Assembly: GCA_040954595.2 (NCBI GenBank)
Contig: CM082581.2
Location: forward strand, 11,032,186 to 11,096,185
DNA from: Balanoglossus misakiensis
Taxonomy: Eukaryota > Animalia > Hemichordata
DNA length: 64,000 bases
Direction: 5' to 3'
Part shown: positions 48,701-60,700 of the stretch, piece by piece
Numbering within the stretch: position 1 is the stretch's first letter
Layout of the letters: each line of letters opens with the position of its first letter
Notes under the pieces: model-generated
The model's input: only the letters and a program-made list of their open reading frames with translations
What the model was told of the DNA's origin: nothing
Database searches by the model: none
Made by a program: the position numbers and the translations under genes

Positions 48701-51700
48701 TCAAAATTTGGTCATTTTTTGAAAAAATCATGGGTTATAGCTCATGAAAATCATCCCAGAATGACAATTTTTCGACTTTGCGAATTTTCAAAATTTGGTC
48801 ATTTTTTGAAAAAATCATGGGTTATAGCTCATGAAAATCATCCCAGAATGACAATTTTTCGACTTTGCGAATTTTCAAAATTTGGTCATTTTTTGAAAAA
48901 ATCATGGGTTATAGCTCATGAAAATCATCCCAGAATGACAATTTTTCGACTTTGCGAATTTTCAAAATTTGGTCATTTTTTGAAAAAATCATGGGTTATA
49001 GCTCATGAAAATCATCCCAGAATGACAATTTTTCGACTTTGCGAATTTTTCAAAATTTGGTCATTTTTTGAAAAAATCATGGGTTATAGCTCATGAAAAT
49101 CATCCCAGAATGACAATTTTTCGACTTTGCGAATTTTCAAAATTTGGTCATTTTTTGAAAAAATCATGGGTTATAGCTCATGAAAATCATCCCAGAATGA
49201 CTATTTTTCGACTTTGCGAATTTTCAAAATTTGGTCATTTTTTGAAAAAATCATGGGTTATAGCTCATGAAAATCATCCCAGAATGACAATTTTTCGACT
49301 TTGCGAATTTTCAAAATTTGGTCATTTTTTGAAAAAATCATGGGTTATAGCTCATGAAAATCATCCCAGAATGACAATTTTTCGACTTTGCGAATTTTCA
49401 AAATTTGGTCATTTTTTGAAAAAATCATGGGTTATAGCTCAGGAAAATCATCAAAAATCGCCGATTTTTCGACTTTTCCAAATCTCGAAATTTCGCCGAT
49501 TTTTGAAAGAATCATGGGTTATAGCTCAAGAAAATCATCCCAGAATGACAATTTTTCGACTTTGCGAATTTTCAAAATTTGGTCATTTTTTGAAAAAATC
49601 ATGGGTTATAGCTCATGAAAATCATCAAAGAATGACAATTTTTCGACTTTGCGAATTTTCAAAATTTGGTCATTTTTTGAAAAAATCATGGGTTATAGCT
49701 CATGAAAATCATCCCAGAATGACAATTTTTCGACTTTGCGAATTTTCAAAATTTGGTCATTTTTTGAAAGAATCATGGGTTATAGCTCAGGAAAATCATC
49801 CCAGAATGACAATTTTTCGACTTTGCGAATTTTCAAAATTTGGTCATTTTTTGAAAAAATCATGGGTTATAGCTCATGAAAATCATCAAAGAATGACAAT
49901 TTTTCGACTTTGCGAATTTTCAAAATTTGGTCATTTTTTGAAAAAATCATGGGTTATAGCTCATGAAAATCATCCCAGAATGACAATTTTTCGACTTTGC
50001 GAATTTTCAAAATTTGGTCATTTTTTGAAAAAATCATGGGTTATAGCTCATGAAAATCATCCCAGAATGACAATTTTTCGACTTTGCGAATTTTCAAAAT
50101 TTGGTCATTTTTTGAAAAAATCATGGGTTATAGCTCATGAAAATCATCCCAGAATGACAATTTTTCGACTTTGCGAATTTTCAAAATTTGGTCATTTTTT
50201 GAAAAAATCATGGGTTATAGCTCATGAAAATCATCCAAGAATGACAATTTTTCGACTTTGCGAATTTTTCAAAATATGGTCATTTTTTGAAAAAATCATG
50301 GGTTATAGCTCATGAAAATCATCCCAGAATGACAATTTTTCGACTTTGCGAATTTTCAAAATTTGTTCATTTTTTGAAAAAATCATGGGTTATAGCTCAT
50401 GAAAATCATCCCAGAATGACAATTTTTCGACTTTGCGAATTTTCAAAATTTGGTCATTTTTTGAAAAAATCATGGGTTATAGCTCATGAAAATCATCCCA
50501 GAATGACTATTTTTCGACTTTGCGAATTTTCAAAATTTGGTCATTTTTTGAAAAAATCATGGGTTATAGCTCATGAAAATCATCCCAGAATGACAATTTT
50601 TCGATTTTGCGAATTTTCAAAATTTGGTCATTTTTTGAAAAAATCATGGGTTATAGCTCATGAAAATCATCCCAGAATGACAATTTTTCGACTTTGCGAA
50701 TTTTCAAAATTTGGTCATTTTTTGAAAAAATCATGGGTTATAGCTCAGGAAAATCATCAAAAATCGCCGATTTTTCGACTTTTCCAAATCTCGAAATTTC
50801 GCCGATTTTTGAAAGAATCATGGGTTATAGCTCAGGAAAATCATCCCAGAATGACAATTTTTCGACTTTGCGAATTTTCAAAATTTGGTCATTTTTTGAA
50901 AAAATCATGGGTTATAGCTCATGAAAATCATCAAAGAATGACAATTTTTCGACTTTGCGAATTTTCAAAATTTGGTCATTTTTTGAAAAAATCATGGGTT
51001 ATAGCTCATGAAAATCATCCCAGAATGACAATTTTTCGACTTTGCGAATTTTCAAAATTTGGTCATTTTTTGAAAAAATCATGGGTTATAGCTCATGAAA
51101 ATCATCCCAGAATGACAATTTTTCGACTTTGCGAATTTTCAAAATTTGGTCATTTTTTGAAAAAATCATGGGTTATAGCTCAGGAAAATCATCAAAAATC
51201 GCCGATTTTTCGACTTTTCCAAATCTCGAAATTTCGCCGATTTTTGAAAGAATCATGGGTTATAGCTCAGGAAAATCATCCCAGAATGACAATTTTTCGA
51301 CTTTGCGACTTTTCAAAATTTGGTCATTTTTTGAAAAAATCATGGGTTATAGCTCATGAAAATCATCAAAGAATGACAATTTTTCGACTTTGCGAATTTT
51401 CAAAATTTGGTCATTTTTTGAAAAAATCATGGGTTATAGCTCATGAAAATCATCCCAGAATGACAATTTTTCGACTTTGCGAATTTTCAAAATTTGGTCA
51501 TTTTTTGAAAAAATCATGGGTTATAGCTCATGAAAATCATCCCAGAATGACAATTTTTCGACTTTGCGAATTTTCAAAATTTGGTCATTTTTTGAAAAAA
51601 TCATGGGTTATAGCTCATGAAAATCATCCCAGAATGACAATTTTTCGACTTTGCGAATTTTCAAAATTTGGTCATTTTTTGAAAAAATCATGGGTTATAG

Positions 51701-54700
51701 CTCATGAAAATCATCCCAGAATGAAAATTTTTCGACTTTGCGAATTTTCAAAATTTGGTCATTTTTTGAAAAAATCATGGGTTATAGCTCATGAAAATCA
51801 TCCCAGAATGACAATTTTTCGACTTTGCGAATTTTTCAAAATTTGGTCATTTTTTGAAAAAATCATGGGTTATAGCTCATGAAAATCATCCCAGAATGAC
51901 AATTTTTCGACTTTGCGAATTTTTCAAAATTTGGTCATTTTTTGAAAAAATCATGGGTTATAGCTCATGAAAATCATCCCAGAATGACAATTTTTCGACT
52001 TTGCGAATTTTCAAAATTTGGTCATTTTTTGAAAAAATCATGGGTTATAGCTCATGAAAATCATCCCAGAATGACAATTTTTCGACTTTGCGAATTTTCA
52101 AAATTTGGTCATTTTTTGAAAAAATCATGGGTTATAGCTCATGAAAATCATCCCAGAATGACAATTTTTCGACTTTGCGAATTTTCAAAATTTGGTCATT
52201 TTTTGAAAAAATCATGGGTTATAGCTCATGAAAATCATCCCAGAATGACAATTTTTCGACTTTGCGAATTTTTCAAAATTTGGTCATTTTTTGAAAAAAT
52301 CATGGGTTATAGCTCATGAAAATCATCCCAGAATGACAATTTTTCGACTTTGCGAATTTTTCAAAATTTGGTCATTTTTTGAAAAAATCATGGGTTATAG
52401 CTCATGAAAATCATCCCAGAATGACAATTTTTCGACTTTGCGAATTTTCAAAATTTGGTCATTTTTTGAAAAAATCATGGGTTATAGCTCATGAAAATCA
52501 TCCCAGAATGACAATTTTTCGACTTTGCGAATTTTCAAAATTTGGTCATTTTTTGAAAAAATCATGGGTTATAGCTCATGAAAATCACCCCAGAATGACA
52601 ATTTTTCGACTTTGCGAATTTTCAAAATTTGGTCATTTTTTGAAAAAATCATGGGTTATAGCTCATGAAAATCATCCCAGAATGACAATTTTTCGACTTT
52701 GCGAATTTTCAAAATTTGGTCATTTTTTGAAAAAATCATGGGTTATAGCTCATGAAAATCATCCCAGAATGACAATTTTTCGACTTTGCGAATTTTCAAA
52801 ATTTGGTCATTTTTTGAAAAAATCATGGGTTATAGCTCATGAAAATCATCCCAGAATGACAATTTTTCGACTTTGCGAATTTTCAAAATTTGGTCATTTT
52901 TTGAAAAAATCATGGGTTATAGCTCATGAAAATCATCCCAGAATGACAATTTTTCGACTTTGCGAATTTTCAAAATTTGGTCATTTTTTGAAAAAATCAT
53001 GGGTTATAGCTCATGAAAATCATCCCAAGAATGACAATTTTTCGACTTTGCGAATTTTCAAAATTTGGTCATTTTTTGAAAAAATCATGGGTTATAGCTC
53101 ATGAAAATCATCCCAGAATGACAATTTTTCGACTTTGCGAATTTTTCAAAATATGGTCATTTTTTGAAAAAATCATGGGTTATAGCTCAGGAAAATCATC
53201 CCAGAATGACAATTTTTCGACTTTGCGAATTTTCAAAATTTGGTCATTTTTTGAAAAAATCATGGGTTATAGCTCATGAAAATCATCCAAGAATGACAAT
53301 TTTTCGACTTTGCGAATTTTCAAAATTTGGTCATTTTTTGAAAAAATCATGGGTTATAGCTCATGAAAATCATCCCAGAATGACAATTTTTCGACTTTGC
53401 GAATTTTTCAAAATATGGTCATTTTTTGAAAAAATCATGGGTTATAGCTCATGAAAATCATCCCAGAATGACAATTTTTCGACTTTGCGAATTTTCAAAA
53501 TTTGGTCATTTTTTGAAAAAATCATGGGTTATAGCTCATGAAAATCATCCCAGAATGACAATTTTTCGACTTTGCGAATTTTCAAAATTTGGTCATTTTT
53601 TGAAAAAATCATGGGTTATAGCTCATGAAAATCATCCCAGAATGACAATTTTTCGACTTTGCGAATTTTCAAAATTTGGTCATTTTTTGAAAAAATCATG
53701 GGTTATAGCTCATGAAAATCATCCCAGAATGACAATTTTTCGACTTTGCGAATTTTCAAAATTTGGTCATTTTTTGAAAAAATCATGGGTTATAGCTCAT
53801 GAAAATCATCCCAGAATGACAATTTTTCGACTTTGCGAATTTTCAAAATTTGGTCATTTTTTGAAAAAATCATGGGTTATAGCTCATGAAAATCATCCCA
53901 GAATGACAATTTTTCGACTTTGCGAATTTTCAAAATTTGGTCATTTTTTGAAAAAATCATGGGTTATAGCTCATGAAAATCATCCCAGAATGACAATTTT
54001 TCGACTTTGCGAATTTTCAAAATTTGGTCATTTTTTGAAAAAATCATGGGTTATAGCTCATGAAAATCATCCCAGAATGACAATTTTTCGACTTTGCGAA
54101 TTTTCAAAATTTGGTCATTTTTTGAAAAAATCATGGGTTATAGCTCATGAAAATCATCCCAGAATGACAATTTTTCGACTTTGCGAATTTTCAAAATTTG
54201 GTCATTTTTTGAAAAAATCATGGGTTATAGCTCATGAAAATCATCCCAGAATGACAATTTTTCGACTTTGCGAATTTTCAAAATTTGGTCATTTTTTGAA
54301 AAAATCATGGGTTATAGCTCATGAAAATCATCCCAGAATGACAATTTTTCGACTTTGCGAATTTTCAAAATTTGGTCATTTTTTGAAAAAATCATGGGTT
54401 ATAGCTCATGAAAATCATCCCAGAATGACAATTTTTCGACTTTGCGAATTTTCAAAATTTGGTCATTTTTTGAAAAAATCATGGGTTATAGCTCATGAAA
54501 ATCATCCCAGAATGACAATTTTTCGACTTTGCGAATTTTCAAAATTTGGTCATTTTTTGAAAAAATCATGGGTTATAGCTCATGAAAATCATCCCAGAAT
54601 GACAATTTTTCGACTTTGCGAATTTTCAAAATTTGGTCATTTTTTGAAAAAATCATGGGTTATAGCTCATGAAAATCATCCCAGAATGACAATTTTTCGA

Positions 54701-57700
54701 CTTTGCGAATTTTCAAAATTTGGTCATTTTTTGAAAAAATCATGGGTTATAGCTCATGAAAATCATCCCAGAATGACAATTTTTCGACTTTGCGAATTTT
54801 CAAAATTTGGTCATTTTTTGAAAAAATCATGGGTTATAGCTCATGAAAATCATCCCAGAATGACAATTTTTCGACTTTGCGAATTTTCAAAATTTGGTCA
54901 TTTTTTGAAAAAATCATGGGTTATAGCTCATGAAAATCATCCAAGAATGACAATTTTTCGACTTTGCGAATTTTCAAAATTTGGTCATTTTTTGAAAAAA
55001 TCATGGGTTATAGCTCATGAAAATCATCCCAGAATGACAATTTTTCGACTTTGCGAATTTTTCAAAATTTGGTCATTTTTTGAAAAAATCATGGGTTATA
55101 GCTCATGAAAATCATCCCAGAATGACAATTTTTCGACTTTGCGAATTTTCAAAATTTGGTCATTTTTTGAAAAAATCATGGGTTATAGCTCATGAAAATC
55201 ATCCCAGAATGACAATTTTTCGACTTTGCGAATTTTCAAAATTTGGTCATTTTTTGAAAAAATCATGGGTTATAGCTCATGAAAATCATCCCAGAATGAC
55301 AATTTTTCGACTTTGCGAATTTTCAAAATTTGGTCATTTTTTGAAAAAATCATGGGTTATAGCTCATGAAAATCATCCCAGAATGACAATTTTTCGACTT
55401 TGCGAATTTTCAAAATTTGGTCATTTTTTGAAAAAATCATGGGTTATAGCTCATGAAAATCATCCCAGAATGACAATTTTTCGACTTTGCGAATTTTCAA
55501 AATTTGGTCATTTTTTGAAAAAATCATGGGTTATAGCTCATGAAAATCATCCCAGAATGACAATTTTTCGACTTTGCGAATTTTCAAAATTTGGTCATTT
55601 TTTGAAAAAATCATGGGTTATAGCTCATGAAAATCATCCCAGAATGACAATTTTTCGACTTTGCGAATTTTCAAAATTTGGTCATTTTTTGAAAAAATCA
55701 TGGGTTATAGCTCATGAAAATCATCCCAGAATGACAATTTTTCGACTTTGCGAATTTTCAAAATTTGGTCATTTTTTGAAAAAATCATGGGTTATAGCTC
55801 ATGAAAATCATCCCAGAATGACAATTTTTCGACTTTGCGAATTTTCAAAATTTGGTCATTTTTTGAAAAAATCATGGGTTATAGCTCATGAAAATCATCC
55901 CAGAATGACAATTTTTCGACTTTGCGAATTTTCAAAATTTGGTCATTTTTTGAAAAAATCATGGGTTATAGCTCATGAAAATCATCCCAGAATGACAATT
56001 TTTCGACTTTGCGAATTTTCAAAATTTGGTCATTTTTTGAAAAAATCATGGGTTATAGCTCATGAAAATCATCCCAGAATGACAATTTTTCGACTTTGCG
56101 AATTTTCAAAATTTGGTCATTTTTTGAAAAAATCATGGGTTATAGCTCATGAAAATCATCCCAGAATGACAATTTTTCGACTTTGCGAATTTTCAAAATT
56201 TGGTCATTTTTTGAAAAAATCATGGGTTATAGCTCATGAAAATCATCCCAGAATGACAATTTTTCGACTTTGCGAATTTTCAAAATTTGGTCATTTTTTG
56301 AAAAAATCATGGGTTATAGCTCATGAAAATCATCCCAGAATGACAATTTTTCGACTTTGCGAATTTTCAAAATTTGGTCATTTTTTGAAAAAATCATGGG
56401 TTATAGCTCATGAAAATCATCCCAGAATGACAATTTTTCGACTTTGCGAATTTTCAAAATTTGGTCATTTTTTGAAAAAATCATGGGTTATAGCTCATGA
56501 AAATCATCCCAGAATGACAATTTTTCGACTTTGCGAATTTTCAAAATTTGGTCATTTTTTGAAAAAATCATGGGTTATAGCTCATGAAAATCATCCCAGA
56601 ATGACAATTTTTCGACTTTGCGAATTTTCAAAATTTGGTCATTTTTTGAAAAAATCATGGGTTATAGCTCATGAAAATCATCCCAGAATGACAATTTTTC
56701 GACTTTGCGAATTTTCAAAATTTGGTCATTTTTTGAAAAAATCATGGGTTATAGCTCATGAAAATCATCCCAGAATGACAATTTTTCGACTTTGCGAATT
56801 TTCAAAATTTGGTCATTTTTTGAAAAAATCATGGGTTATAGCTCATGAAAATCATCCCAGAATGACAATTTTTCGACTTTGCGAATTTTCAAAATTTGGT
56901 CATTTTTTGAAAAAATCATGGGTTATAGCTCATGAAAATCATCCCAGAATGACAATTTTTCGACTTTGCGAATTTTCAAAATTTGGTCATTTTTTGAAAA
57001 AATCATGGGTTATAGCTCATGAAAATCATCCCAGAATGACAATTTTTCGACTTTGCGAATTTTCAAAATTTGGTCATTTTTTGAAAAAATCATGGGTTAT
57101 AGCTCATGAAAATCATCCCAGAATGACAATTTTTCGACTTTGCGAATTTTCAAAATTTGGTCATTTTTTGAAAAAATCATGGGTTATAGCTCATGAAAAT
57201 CATCCCAGAATGACAATTTTTCGACTTTGCGAATTTTCAAAATTTGGTCATTTTTTGAAAAAATCATGGGTTATAGCTCATGAAAATCATCCCAGAATGA
57301 CAATTTTTCGACTTTGCGAATTTTCAAAATTTGGTCATTTTTTGAAAAAATCATGGGTTATAGCTCATGAAAATCATCCCAGAATGACAATTTTTCGACT
57401 TTGCGAATTTTCAAAATTTGGTCATTTTTTGAAAAAATCATGGGTTATAGCTCATGAAAATCATCCCAGAATGACAATTTTTCGACTTTGCGAATTTTCA
57501 AAATATGGTCATTTTTTGAAAAAATCATGGGTTATAGCTCATGAAAATCATCCCAGAATGACAATTTTTCGATTTTGCGAATTTTCAAAATTTGGTCATT
57601 TTTTGAAAAAATCATGGGTTATAGCTCATGAAAATCATCCCAGAATGACAATTTTTCGACTTTGCGAATTTTCAAAATTTGGTCATTTTTTGAAAAAATC

Positions 57701-60700
57701 ATGGGTTATAGCTCATGAAAATCATCCCAGAATGACAATTTTTCGACTTTGCGAATTTTCAAAATTTGGTCATTTTTTGAAAAAATCATGGGTTATAGCT
57801 CATGAAAATCATCCCAGAATGACAATTTTTCGACTTTGCGAATTTTCAAAATTTGGTCATTTTTTGAAAAAATCATGGGTTATAGCTCATGAAAATCATC
57901 CCAGAATGACAATTTTTCGACTTTGCGAATTTTCAAAATTTGGTCATTTTTTGAAAAAATCATGGGTTATAGCTCATGAAAATCATCCCAGAATGACAAT
58001 TTTTCGACTTTGCGAATTTTCAAAATTTGGTCATTTTTTGAAAAAATCATGGGTTATAGCTCATGAAAATCATCCCAGAATGACAATTTTTCGACTTTGC
58101 GAATTTTCAAAATATGGTCATTTTTTGAAAAAATCATGGGTTATAGCTCATGAAAATCATCCCAGAATGACAATTTTTCGACTTTGCGAATTTTCAAAAT
58201 TTGGTCATTTTTTGAAAAAATCATGGGTTATAGCTCATGAAAATCATCCCAGAATGACAATTTTTCGACTTTGCGAATTTTCAAAATTTGGTCATTTTTT
58301 GAAAAAATCATGGGTTATAGCTCATGGAAAATCATCCCAGAATGACAATTTTTCGACTTTGCGAATTTTCAAAATTTGGTCATTTTTTGAAAAAATCATG
58401 GGTTATAGCTCATGAAAATCATCCCAGAATGACAATTTTTCGACTTTGCGAATTTTCAAAATTTGGTCATTTTTTGAAAAAATCATGGGTTATAGCTCAT
58501 GAAAATCATCCCAGAATGACAATTTTTCGACTTTGCGAATTTTCAAAATTTGGTCATTTTTTGAAAAAATCATGGGTTATAGCTCATGAAAATCATCCCA
58601 GAATGACAATTTTTCGACTTTGCGAATTTTCAAAATTTGGTCATTTTTTGAAAAAATCATGGGTTATAGCTCATGAAAATCATCCCAGAATGACAATTTT
58701 TCGACTTTGCGAATTTTCAAAATTTGGTCATTTTTTGAAAAAATCATGGGTTATAGCTCATGAAAATCATCCCAGAATGACAATTTTTCGACTTTGCGAA
58801 TTTTCAAAATTTGGTCATTTTTTGAAAAAATCATGGGTTATAGCTCATGAAAATCATCCCAGAATGACAATTTTTCGACTTTGCGAATTTTCAAAATTTG
58901 GTCATTTTTTGAAAAAATCATGGGTTATAGCTCATGAAAATCATCCCAGAATGACAATTTTTCGACTTTGCGAATTTTCAAAATTTGGTCATTTTTTGAA
59001 AAAATCATGGGTTATAGCTCATGAAAATCATCCCAGAATGACAATTTTTCGACTTTGCGAATTTTCAAAATTTGGTCATTTTTTGAAAAAATCATGGGTT
59101 ATAGCTCATGAAAATCATCCCAGAATGACAATTTTTCGACTTTGCGAATTTTCAAAATTTGGTCATTTTTTGAAAAAATCATGGGTTATAGCTCATGAAA
59201 ATCATCCCAGAATGACAATTTTTCGACTTTGCGAATTTTCAAAATTTGGTCATTTTTTGAAAAAATCATGGGTTATAGCTCATGAAAATCATCCCAGAAT
59301 GACAATTTTTCGACTTTGCGAATTTTCAAAATTTGGTCATTTTTTGAAAAAATCATGGGTTATAGCTCATGAAAATCATCCCAGAATGACAATTTTTCGA
59401 CTTTGCGAATTTTCAAAATTTGGTCATTTTTTGAAAAAATCATGGGTTATAGCTCATGAAAATCATCCCAGAATGACAATTTTTCGACTTTGCGAATTTT
59501 CAAAATTTGGTCATTTTTTGAAAAAATCATGGGTTATAGCTCATGAAAATCATCCCAGAATGACAATTTTTCGACTTTGCGAATTTTCAAAATTTGGTCA
59601 TTTTTTGAAAAAATCATGGGTTATAGCTCATGAAAATCATCCCAGAATGACAATTTTTCGACTTTGCGAATTTTCAAAATTTGGTCATTTTTTGAAAAAA
59701 TCATGGGTTATAGCTCATGAAAATCATCCCAGAATGACAATTTTTCGACTTTGCGAATTTTCAAAATTTGGTCATTTTTTGAAAAAATCATGGGTTATAG
59801 CTCATGAAAATCATCCCAGAATGACAATTTTTCGACTTTGCGAATTTTCAAAATTTGGTCATTTTTTGAAAAAATCATGGGTTATAGCTCATGAAAATCA
59901 TCCCAGAATGACAATTTTTCGACTTTGCGAATTTTCAAAATTTGGTCATTTTTTGAAAAAATCATGGGTTATAGCTCATGAAAATCATCCCAGAATGACA
60001 ATTTTTCGACTTTGCGAATTTTCAAAATTTGGTCATTTTTTGAAAAAATCATGGGTTATAGCTCATGAAAATCATCCCAGAATGACAATTTTTCGACTTT
60101 GCGAATTTTCAAAATTTGGTCATTTTTTGAAAAAATCATGGGTTATAGCTCATGAAAATCATCCCAGAATGACAATTTTTCGACTTTGCGAATTTTCAAA
60201 ATTTGGTCATTTTTTGAAAAAATCATGGGTTATAGCTCATGAAAATCATCCCAGAATGACAATTTTTCGACTTTGCGAATTTTCAAAATTTGGTCATTTT
60301 TTGAAAAAATCATGGGTTATAGCTCATGAAAATCATCCCAGAATGACAATTTTTCGACTTTGCGAATTTTCAAAATTTGGTCATTTTTTGAAAAAATCAT
60401 GGGTTATAGCTCATGAAAATCATCCCAGAATGACAATTTTTCGACTTTGCGAATTTTCAAAATTTGGTCATTTTTTGAAAAAATCATGGGTTATAGCTCA
60501 TGAAAATCATCCCAGAATGACAATTTTTCGACTTTGCGAATTTTCAAAATTTGGTCATTTTTTGAAAAAATCATGGGTTATAGCTCATGAAAATCATCCC
60601 AGAATGACAATTTTTCGACTTTGCGAATTTTCAAAATATGGTCATTTTTTGAAAAAATCATGGGTTATAGCTCATGAAAATCATCCCAGAATGACAATTT

